Positions 54,801 through 64,000 of a DNA stretch of 64,000 nt are shown in pieces. The stretch's first letter is position 1. Every line of letters starts with the position of its first letter. Both the position numbers and the translations under genes were made by a program. The stretch is from Balanoglossus misakiensis (Eukaryota > Animalia > Hemichordata). The stretch spans positions 3,650,699 to 3,714,698 of the forward strand of contig CM082581.2 in the NCBI GenBank assembly GCA_040954595.2, read 5' to 3'. The notes under the pieces are model-generated. The model was given only the letters and a program-made list of their open reading frames with translations, searched no databases and was not told the DNA's origin.

Positions 54801-55154
54801 GACTCATCATTTTCGACAATATTTAAGACCCTCTAACTGAAAAAGTAGAGTTGGAACACCCTGTTTTTCTCTTTATTTTTGTTTTGATTTACAATAAATC
54901 AGGAAAATGACAATTTAGATCTTACATATGACCATTATTTATCCTTATTGAATTTCCATTGACAGGAAGAAGACGTGTTTCGATGGGCAGATGGTTCTTT
55001 GTTAGACAATGAGAATGAATATTTCTATCCAATTGAACACTTTGGGAATTGGGAAAATTTTGACTGTTGTGTAATACGATCAGCGGGGCTTCGCATTGAT
55101 AACTGTGATTCTCCTATTTTCTCAAGCATATGTGAGCAGCCCACACGATACTGA
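48047..55154 (+). CDS. Type II transmembrane protein with 7 EGF-like repeats (mostly calcium-binding type) and a C-terminal C-type lectin-like domain (copy 1), ~460 aa
   Basis: Exons 48047-48097 ([17 protein letters not shown]), 48839-48992 (basic [10 protein letters not shown], then [21 protein letters not shown]), EGF exons 49951-50076, 50214-50327, 50621-50734, 52578-52691, 53029-53151, 53505-53618, then 54048-54331 (EGF + CTLD start, WIGLTDKQ) and 54966-55154 ([19 protein letters not shown]). Sum 1383 nt, in frame. The last intron has a GC donor. Confidence 0.8.
48103..48267. mobile_element. Decayed pogo/Tigger-like MITE; duplicate at ~58241-58405
   Basis: tagtcaaacctgtc ... caagtttgattg termini with internal tatagacagg repeats typical of these MITEs. 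Confidence 0.5.
48481..48826. mobile_element. Single-arm remnant of the same foldback element in copy 1
   Basis: Same insertion site as 58620-59354. One arm plus the reverse complement of the spacer segment adjacent to copy 2's right arm. Confidence 0.75.
50865..51456. mobile_element. Kolobok-like MITE, present only in EGF-lectin copy 1
   Basis: TTAA|AGCCTCAGTATTTCTCGT ... ACGAGAAATACTGGGGCT|TTAA. Single TTAA empty site at ~61376 in copy 2. Confidence 0.85.
51779..51850. repeat. (GAT)n microsatellite; shorter version at ~61702-61745
   Basis: Directly visible; explains the poly-Ile ORF 51676-51876. Confidence 0.95.
52745..52922. mobile_element. Tc1/mariner (pogo/Tigger-like) MITE; duplicate at 62640-62817
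   Basis: TA|CAGTAAAACCTGTCTAAACC ... GGTTTAGACAGGTTTTACTA|TA. Confidence 0.75.
54558..54699 (-). pseudogene. CCT2: Orphan exon fragment of chaperonin CCT2 (TCP-1 beta)
   Basis: Translates [47 protein letters not shown], the hallmark CCT2 sequence. It is followed by a G|GTAAGT donor, and no other CCT2 exons are in the window. Confidence 0.85.
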
Positions 55155-55187
55155 TGTAATGTAATATCAAACAAATATAACACTTTA

Positions 55188-55535
55188 AGGGACAAAGTCT
55201 CCCTCTCACTGCCCTTTTCCATTAATTATGTTTGATACAAGACACTGTTTGTGTTAATGTACATGTGGATATATAGTGAATCAACGTTCGACCACACACA
55301 CCTTCCATCCCACTTGTAGACACGAAAGTGAAAAAAACACGCCAAAATGAATAATCGGTCCTAACCATTTAATAATTTTGGGCGAGTTTTCACTCTCATA
55401 CCCTACAAATGGGATGGAAGTTGTTTGTGGTTGAACGTTCATTCACTACATATCCACTTTTAGAAAAACATAAACGGTGTCTTGTATCAAACTTAATTAA
55501 TGAAAAGGGGGCAGCGAGAGAGAGACTTTGTCCCT
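55188..55535. mobile_element. Palindromic TTAA-associated MITE just downstream of the EGF-lectin stop codon
   Basis: AGGGACAAAGTCTC ... GAGACTTTGTCCCT|TTAA; the arms are complementary over most of the length. Confidence 0.75.
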
Positions 55536-55539
55536 TTAA

Positions 55540-55806
55540 AGGAAAGCGGTCGTCGCGCTGCACGCCTGCGTATTGAGTTTGTTTAACCCACCAATTCCTG
55601 CGATTAGATATTTTTAGAATGGACGAAGAGGCCTAGTGTAGCGTAGTCACCATTAAAGATGAAATTGTATGTTGGTGAAACTCACTCATGAACAAACATG
55701 CGTAGCCGCCATTATTACTTTGCAGAGATCAGTGAGGCATTCTCGGACATATTCTCACCCAAGGGGGCACCAACATGCGTTGGCACGGCGGGACGACCAC
55801 TTCACT
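55540..55806. mobile_element. Decayed Kolobok-like MITE abutting the previous element at a shared TTAA
   Basis: TTAA|AGGAAAGCGGTCGTC ... GACGACCACTTCACT, an imperfect TIR. Confidence 0.45.
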
Positions 55807-56308
55807 TCAAAGTTATAATATTTGAAGTAAAAGCACTTGTTTGGTCTGTTGTTTAACATTAATGATCATTTTAATCGTTTATCTTGTGCAGAATTTTTCC
55901 AGTTTTTAACTACTGTGACACAATGGTGTGTGTTGATGAACTTTCCTTATGAAATCTTTATACAGTGCACTGTATGCCATGGTTACACATTATTGGCATT
56001 TTTATATTTAAAGCTCAAATCCCGAATTATTGTGAAAGCATAGTTCAGACAGTCTTTTTAATCTTGTAAAATGAGGCCAATTAATACTTCCGGGAATGTG
56101 TTGGTTTGGGATTATCAGTTGCTTTGAGTTGATTATTATTAGAGAATAACAATTTTGTAATGTAATTTTAAGTTCGATTTACTTATTATATAGTTGTGAT
56201 TATAATTGTTTGTGTGGTTATTTAAATTAATAAAAGTGTTGCATGAAATTTTGACAGCAAAAACATGGTTCACATTGGTGTCCCAATAACAGCCATGGAC
56301 TAGCTTCT

Positions 56309-56915
56309 TCACATCAACAATTGATCAATAATGGCTGTCCAGTTTTCCAGAGTCCATGATGTATCGAAGTCTAAATGTACCACATGATTGAGAAAAATCG
56401 TTGGAGAGGAGTAAACACCAGCTGAAAAAACAACAACATAAACAACATTGTTGTGGGCTGTTTTACGACTAGATTTAAAGTGCGCATGGTATAAACCTTT
56501 GGTTTTTTGTTTCAATATCTTGACTTTGGTTTTTTATTTTACACTTGAAGGATTTATGAAGTGTTCAGTCTTTAGCTTTTCAAAATACATGCACTAACTA
56601 ATGTGTAGCATATACATGTATGCTGTGTTGACTGACTCATTTTAGCAAGTTTAGAAAGTTGTCAATGAGACCAAAATAGTGAAATAATCATCAGATTCTA
56701 CAGTTAGTATCACTTGAACCCTTTCACCCCCAGTTCTCTCTATGGTGGTCCAAATTAGAAAGAAAGAAATGTGGGTTGATTATCCCAAAGAAAACATACC
56801 AGTAATACCGACTTTCCATTCAACTCTGGTGAGATAATCAGTCTGTGGCTCATTGTATTCATCTAGAAAGACTTGGCGATTCAGTCCCACGTCCTCTGCC
56901 AGATCTGCCAGAATG
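56309..56915 (-). pseudogene. 3' two exons of a DsbA/thioredoxin-fold protein gene; 5' exons absent
   Basis: Exons 56800-56915 and 56309-56421 splice in frame to ILADLAEDVGLNRQVFLDEYNEPQTDYLTRVEWKVGITAGVYSSPTIFLNHVVHLDFDTSWTLENWTAIIDQLLM*. This resembles the C-terminus (GV.GTP.F.vNG..W...W...ID.LL) of eukaryotic DsbA-like thioredoxin proteins. Confidence 0.6.
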
Positions 56916-57328
56916 CTGAGATATAACGACATTGATATTAGTTAGTAATAAAGCATTTACACCCAGAACATAAACTGGAAAACTGTCTGCATTCGTCTTT
57001 TGTCATAGGATTACATTGTGAATAGCTAGAAAAATCACTTCTACTTAAGTTAGCTTTATGAAATTTACACATAGCTCAGTCAAACAAAAATAAATTCATC
57101 GGTCAAATATCGCTGCGTTGATGATTACATTTTCTCTAAAATTAATGTTGTTACTAATCATTGTATTTCTTGTGTATTAAACTATTTGTTATATGAAGCA
57201 GGACAGACATTCTTTGTTGTGATTCTTATTACATGATAGGAAAATAAAATAATTATTTCCCTAGGGAAATAGTCCATTAACAATTATCTGATCACATGAC
57301 TATTGTGAGTTTATTTCATGACATATTC

Positions 57329-57571
57329 ATGACATATTGCCTGATTTTCAACGCGGTCTATCTGCTCGGACGCGACCGGGGTTTCATTCCAACCGTACCA
57401 TTCGGATCCACATTGTTGTTCATGACGACAGTAATGACTGTCATAATGCATTCCTACGAACGAGACACTGACTCACTATCACCCTTAATACAACAAATAG
57501 TTCAAGCGTTTTTTGGAAAACCAGACAATCCAAAAACAGTCCCAAGTGAAGAAATTACAAACACAGAGTAA
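57329..57571 (+). pseudogene. Orphan C-terminal fragment of a TMEM135-like membrane protein
   Basis: GFIPTVPFGSTLLFMTTVMTVIMHSYERDTDSLSPLIQQIVQAFFG resembles the TMEM135/PMP24-family C-terminal motif (P.G..LLF....IM..YE.....L.P). The stop is followed by AATAAA at ~57584. No upstream exons were recognised. Confidence 0.5.
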
Positions 57572-58184
57572 AGTTCAACAGGGAATAAATAATTGATGTT
57601 TTTCTGCTCACAGCGAGATCTTGCCAGACTAGACGTGGTTATTCATTGTAACAACTGGTTGCTAGCCTTACAATTAATACAATTAAGTCAAGCTTTGAAT
57701 GAAACTAGAACAGATGAGGAGTTTAACTCCTCAGCGGAAGAGCTGCTTTTCACAGTTGTGAATTGTCTAATATGAAATCTTTTGCCAGCTTCGAAATAAG
57801 GTTACATTTAGGGATGATTACCCACGTGTAATCGCATGCAGACTCAGACATTGCGTCATTTTGTTTCATATAAACTGTTACCCGATGGCAGAGAAATTAA
57901 AGTTGGGGTATAGCTTCGCACTTGCGGACCGACACAAAAGAGTTTTAAATCCGCCCTCTAGAGGTGATTATGAATCAGATTCACATCGCATAACACCTAC
58001 AGCAAGCAAGTAACACAACGAATGGTTTTGGTGAGTTTTTGTTGTGAAACAATGAATAAAAGTTTGAGTCTAAGTCCCTTCTACTTCTGAATGTCTAAAA
58101 TTTCTCTCTATAAGCGGCGGTATTAACCGACCACTGTCAGTACTGGGCTGAGATATCAACGTACAACAGGAACTCCGTGAGAAT

Positions 58185-61100
58185 ATGGACTCTGTAGATG
58201 TATCATCTTCTGTTGAAAATGCAGTCACGGACAAGGTATATAGTCAAACCTGTCTGTAATGGCCAGTCAGGGGACTTTCCTAAACTGGCCTTTATAGACA
58301 GGAGGACTTTATAGACAGGTCAATATATATATACATGTTAATTACACAGGGACTGTAAAAAGTGGCTACTATATAGAGGTGGCCATCCTTACGCAAGTTT
58401 GATTGCACATGTGTAAAAATTTAGTAAAACCCTGCAAATACTGGCAGAAATAGCCAATACTCGATCTACAGTAATCTTAAAGATGTACTGATGTTATACT
58501 ATTGAGAATAGTTGACGACTATTTCTTGTTTTATTCATATTCTGACCAATTTCATATTCCGATATGCTACCCTAATACTGTACTGTTCATGTCAACTTAT
58601 CAAGTTTTTTTTTTTGGCCGTGTCTATTGACACGCGCGTGTCAATAGCCAGTGCATGTCGGGCCGGCTATTGACACGCGCGTGTCAATAGCCAGTGCATA
58701 GGGGGCTGGCTATTGACACGCGGCCGACGCGGGGACTTTAATATTCTCAAATTATTGCCGGTTTTTGAAAACCAAAGCACATTTCACATAGTCCATTAAA
58801 TGATTCGTCTTTTCTTCCCCGAAAATCAGATGAAACGAAGTGCAAAATTCCGAAAGTCAAAGCGTATGTCATAGTTCTTCTACCCGTTCTACGCGTGTAC
58901 GCCTGCCGATTCTAAGCTTACTTTAGTATCTCCTGGTTGAAGCAGCGAAAATGACGTATTGCCCAGTGCAGTCTGACATACTTCGAAATACATGTACTTG
59001 GATTTTCTTTATTTTACACCTCGCAACGGAGGATACGGAATGTGCATTGCTTTATAAAAGTCGGCAGTAAAATGGAGGGAAAATCCCCGTGTCACGGTCA
59101 GGAGATAAGCTTAGAATCGGCAGGCGTACACGCGTAGAACGGGTAGAAGAACTATGACATACGCTTTGACTTTCGGAATTTTGCACTTCGTTTCATCTGA
59201 TTTTCGGGGAAGAAAAGACGAATCATTTAATGGACTATGTGAAATGTGCTTTGGTTTTCAAAAATCGGCAATAATTTGAGAATATTAAAGTCCCCGCGTG
59301 TCAATAGCCAGCCCCCTGCGCACTGGCTATTGACACGCGCGTGTCAATAGACACAGTCTCCGTTTTTTTTTTTTTAAGAGTGCGTGTGTCAACATCAAGA
59401 AGACAAGTTTTCGAAAGTTTGCAAAAATTATATTGCCTTTCCTTGGAGCAGCTGTCGCAATTGGTTGTATCGCTGCCGTTGTCACGACCACAACAACAAC
59501 AGCAGCCGGGAAGTCGAACTTTAAATCACCTGGTAAATATAGTTGCAGATTACTACTTAGACTGAATGATCCGTACAAAGTTCTAGTATTTTGTATGCAA
59601 CTCCAGTCCAATCATAGTCGGACACTCTTGTTTTACATATGCTTGCATCTTGGCCCAACAAAAGACAAGACAACACAACCAGGGAGTCCTGAATACGTGC
59701 TTGATACGCTTGGTGTCAAAACTGTAGGCCTACTTTTTGTAAAAGTTTACACCAATCGCGATTAAAGTGTGTTTGCGGTGTGGTGAGATGACTGCTGCGC
59801 TAGTATAGTGCGCCGCGCCGCTGGTCAGCAGTGGAGCTTGCTGGTTGCTAGGCAACGTCGCGGGCGCGCCCTTGAGGACGGCGTGTCGTTCAGTCCTCAA
59901 CGAACCATCAAAACAACATACATACCCGTATAAATGGAGGTTGTTTCCCGTAAATCTTAACAGTACGTGAGGTGAGCATTTGCCTATCGGCCCTAGCAGT
60001 TTTTGAAGCTGGGCTGCAAGCGTCTAAGAGTTAAGACTAAAATTTGCTGCGAGTTCGTGTAACAGACAGTGAAGAGGTGAAGTGGTAGGGAAACGAACTC
60101 CAGCAAGACTGAAGTCTGACCCCAAAACCACCCATTGATTTCAATTTACAGACTGAAACGAGTAGATCACGCTGTATGGGGGATTTTAGAAGGATTGTCG
60201 AACGCCCATTCAGCGTGAAATCCAATTTTATTATGATTTTACTAGCGTTTTCTGACATTTTATCGTTAGCTTTTTTCTCATTTGCATACAGTCCGTGGTT
60301 AGTTACAGTGTATCTAGACAAACCTGTTCTTTTGGAACAGAAAGTTCATTTTCTGAACATTAATTTATGATTTGTTCATCCTACTCGGTTCGGTAAATGT
60401 CCTCTTTGACCATACGAATGAAAATTGATAGTCTTGTTGTTCATTTTCTCAGATATTATAAATGAATGGATTTGTGGATCAAATCCCTGTCATGGCAACT
60501 CCATTTGCATAGATGTTGCCAATTCCTACATATGTGAATGCAGTCCAGGATATGGATGCTTCAACTGTGAATGTGGTAAGTACTGTAAAAGCATAAATGT
60601 TTCACAGGGTTTTATGAAAACCTATAGTCTTACAAATTAACGCAACATTCTGGATAAAATGTGCATTTGATCATAAGTTCATAAAGTAATGGTTTGTCTT
60701 TAATCTCCACAGATGTGGATGAGTGTCTGTCAAATCCTTGTGAACACAACTCAACTTGCCTGGATAACATTAATGCATATACGTGTTTGTGTCGCCTTGG
60801 ATACGAAGGCTCTAAATGTGAAACTGGTAAGTGACCATTATAGACTTTCTGTAAATTGTTGCTTAGGGAAAAAACTCAGACCCAGGAACATTATTCTGTC
60901 AAATTTATGACACTGAATATGTACATTATCTCTCAGTACATTTGAAAATATTTTATACATCGTTATTGATTCTGGTGCTTTATAGATGTTTTGATTGATT
61001 GATTGATTGATTGAATGATTGATTGATTGATTCTGTTTCTTCCTTGATATAAATGCCGTTAAGTTGTTATTTTTGTTTAAATACACATTTTAAGATAAAT

Positions 61101-61714
61101 ACCAAAGTAATATTTTATTTTTAATCTGACCACAGATGTAGATGAGTGTCAGTCAAATCCTTGTGAACACAACTCAACTTGCCTGGATAACATCAATGCA
61201 TATACGTGTTTGTGTTGCCCTGGATACGGAGGTTCCAACTGTGAAAATGGTGAGTGACAAACGTTCTGTAAATTGTTGATTAGGAAAAGAGCTCGTAAGC
61301 TTTGCTTGCATTCTGCCATTTGCTTTATTGTTACCATAAAAAAACATGGTAACTGTTCACTGGTGATTTGCCTTTTTAAGACAAAGTAGTCACTATGGAC
61401 AGCTCTGTAACTTTTTCAGTATTTTTGTTTTGTGTTTCTCCTGCAGTTTCTTGTTCAACTCCCTGAAGCATGATGAAATGCCAAGCATCTAGCTTATTAA
61501 CACAACCTATAGTCAGCATTGTTATTGTACAAAATTTGAATTCAAGTCCGTACTAGAATTCATTGTCAACAATAACAATGACTGTTACACACATACAGGC
61601 TATGTTGACAAGTGGAGTATTGGGTACTGCATACTGCATTTGGTACACAGATCAATAATACTAAAAATAAAGCCAAAAATTACAGCTATTATCCATTTTA
61701 CTATGATGATGATG

Positions 61715-61745
<31 letters not shown>

Positions 61746-64000
61746 AGTGTTTTAAAGAATTATTGAACACTTAAAGGTATTGAACACTTGATAGGCAGTG
61801 TAGGAGAAATAGGTTGTGCCGATAATATTTTTATTGAAAATCTGCAAGGAGCCATTTACTTGGCAGGGGTTCATAGACTATGGTGTATGTACGACACCCC
61901 AGTATATACAAGAAGTGCATGTGCAGACAGTTTAAGAATGATACAATGTTATGTAGCAAAGTTTGGAATGTAGGTTGAATCGGATTTCAACTTTGAGTGA
62001 GTGGATCCCCTTAGCTGCTGCGTTGAGCATCATCCCAGTTGTCACGGAAACTCCGGCAGAAATGGCATCTCAGGGGTCAGTTTTTGTGTCCAAAATATTG
62101 AAACCAATATTTTGATGTCTTTGCGGATAAAATATAAAGCTAGATCATGTAACCTGAAGTTTTAGGTTTTTTAATAGAAAATTTTCCATTACCCATACCT
62201 AATTTCACTTTCCAGATAATTATATGACAACAGTTGATTTGCATCCTGTACATCCAGTATTGATCATCTTTTCAAACTCCTTGAGAATCTGTAAATGGCT
62301 TCTCTTCCTTCAATCTATCTTCTGATTTTCTTGTGAAACTGCAAAAATCGATCGTCTTGAGATTCAATTTTTATTTGACCTAATCAAGTAAATGACAACA
62401 CCACATCAGAGAAATGGGAATGGTTAAGATGTGAACTCACCCATGACATTCCTTTGTTCTTGTATTTCCCAGATATAGATGAATGTCTCTCACTTCCTTG
62501 TCAACACAACTCGGAATGTGCTGATTCTCTCAATGGATATACGTGCAACTGCAGTCTTGGATATGTAGGCACCAACTGTGAAATTGGTATGTTCCCATTA
62601 AAGCTCAATTAGGTGTAACTTTTCACCATGCTTTCAGTACAGTAAAACCTGTCTAAACCGAACCCTGTCTAATCTGGAAACCTGTCTATACTGAACACAT
62701 TTTCCTTCCCCTTTGACATAGAACCACATGTTAAAAGAACTTGTATAAACCAGACACCTCTGCAAACCGACCAATTTCTTCAGTTCCTTAGGTGTTTGGT
62801 TTAGACAGGTTTTACTATACATGTACATGTACATGTATTTTTCTTTTGTATTATACAGAGGCATAGCACTCAGATACATCTTTGAATACAGGTGTAATTT
62901 TTGTCTTCTTTGTAAAATCTTAGACATCGATGAATGCCAGCTGCAGCTATCAAATCCTTGTCAACACGACTCAACTTGTGTTGATGATGTCAATGGTTAT
63001 ACTTGTCAGTGCCAGCCTGGATATGAAGGAAGTCATTGCGAAACTGGTAAGTACATTATGTACTTGAATGTGAGGTGTCAGTATTTTGTCCGAGTGAATG
63101 CATACTTTGCAGCATTTTTTGTAATAACCTTTTTATTATTATACATCTTACATCTCTGTTAGTATTGCGTTGCATATTACTTTGTTTTAAAAACGTCAGT
63201 ATGATTGATCGTAACTGCTCAGCTGAAACACAGTACACAGTGAGCAGACATCTTTCTTTTTTTTTTTGATTGCGTTGGAGTGGGGGTTGTCTTGAAACCG
63301 TCCACAGTGTTATAATTGTTGAGAATTTTGAATGTTTCATCCAATAGTTTATTTGACGGTGTGAATTCATAATATTGCATTCTGCTTGATTTCCCCAGAT
63401 ATCAACGAATGTCTGTCGTTTCCATGTCAACACAACTCAGATTGTGCCGATAATATCAATGGATATACCTGTGACTGCTCACCTGGATATGAAGGCCCTA
63501 ACTGTGAAATGGGTATGTCCACTAGGCATCTTTTTAACAGCGGGCTGTTAAATTGGCTGCTTATAAACTGAAAAGACCTTTTTAAAGGGCCACGATCATC
63601 TTATACACATGTGACAAACCAGAGGCTCTGGTTACAAAATCTGTTTACAGTCAATATGCCATAAGTCAGTGTGCTGTCCTAACAACAAACAAGATGACGA
63701 CTATAGTCTGTGTCAGAGATCGGGAAAAGACAGCAAATTGGGTGAAAAGGAGGGACAAAACTAAAGTCTACTTATATGGTGCGTATGAAATATCCAAGCA
63801 AGCGAAGGCAGTCCATTATTTGAATGCGTCGAGGGCAAAATTTGCAGGACCTTTGGATTGGACGTAATGTTTGTACACACAAAATTAAGCACATACACAT
63901 AAGACGATTAAAAATGTTTCTTGTTGATTCTTGTCTTACAGATATAAATGAGTGTGAAGATTATGGATTGCACGATTGCACTCAAGTGTGCATTAATACC
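58185..64000 (+). CDS. Type II membrane EGF/C-type lectin protein, copy 2 (runs off the window end)
   Basis: Near-identical duplicate: exons 58185-58235, 59379-59532, 60453-60575, 60713-60826, 61136-61249, 62473-62586, 62924-63046, 63399-63512, 63942->64000. Confidence 0.8.
58620..59354. mobile_element. Long-inverted-repeat (foldback) element in intron 1 of EGF-lectin copy 2
   Basis: Arms of ~250-300 bp (58620-58920 vs 59107-59354) with terminal palindromes ctattgacacgcgcgtgtcaatag. Confidence 0.8.

Larger units (their letters stand above)
47645..64000. repeat. ~10.2-kb tandem segmental duplication (47645-... vs 57804-...)
   Basis: Homology starts at acatt(g/t)aggg(c/a)tgatta at 47645 and 57804 and continues colinearly to the window end. 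Confidence 0.95.

Noticed and set aside
1-64000. Both duplications as pure haplotype-assembly artefacts
   Set aside because: Not excluded without reads, but disfavoured: there are discrete breakpoints inside genes, copy-specific exon disruption and strongly uneven divergence.
1-64000. Autonomous transposase, reverse transcriptase, tRNA or rRNA genes
   Set aside because: None was recognised; all mobile elements seen are short and non-coding.

Overview
AT-rich, intron-containing animal genomic DNA; the gene content and MITE load suggest an invertebrate, possibly a deuterostome (inference only). The window has three parts. (1) 1-40.4 kb is a ~19.4-kb tandem duplication of a minus-strand PARP14-like mono-ADP-ribosyltransferase. 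The right copy is complete (31 coding exons, ~2,740 aa by manual splicing; about 9 RRM-like domains, a P/Q/G/Y-rich low-complexity region, KH-like region, 3 macrodomains, WWE, H-Y-I ART). The left copy lacks the promoter and first three exons and has one exon broken by a MITE. (2) Head-to-head across ~1.27 kb containing NF-kB and IRF-type motifs lies an RBM43-like (RRM/KH) protein with a MacroD-type macrodomain, whose last strand and helix are separated by a +1 frameshift. Together these look like a writer/eraser ADP-ribosylation immune module. (3) 47.6-64 kb is a ~10.2-kb tandem duplication of a type II membrane 7xEGF + C-type-lectin-domain gene, with orphan fragments of CCT2, a DsbA/thioredoxin-like gene and a TMEM135-like gene. 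Many non-autonomous DNA transposons are present, several in only one duplicate, along with probable excision footprints. All exon boundaries were read by eye and no database search was run.
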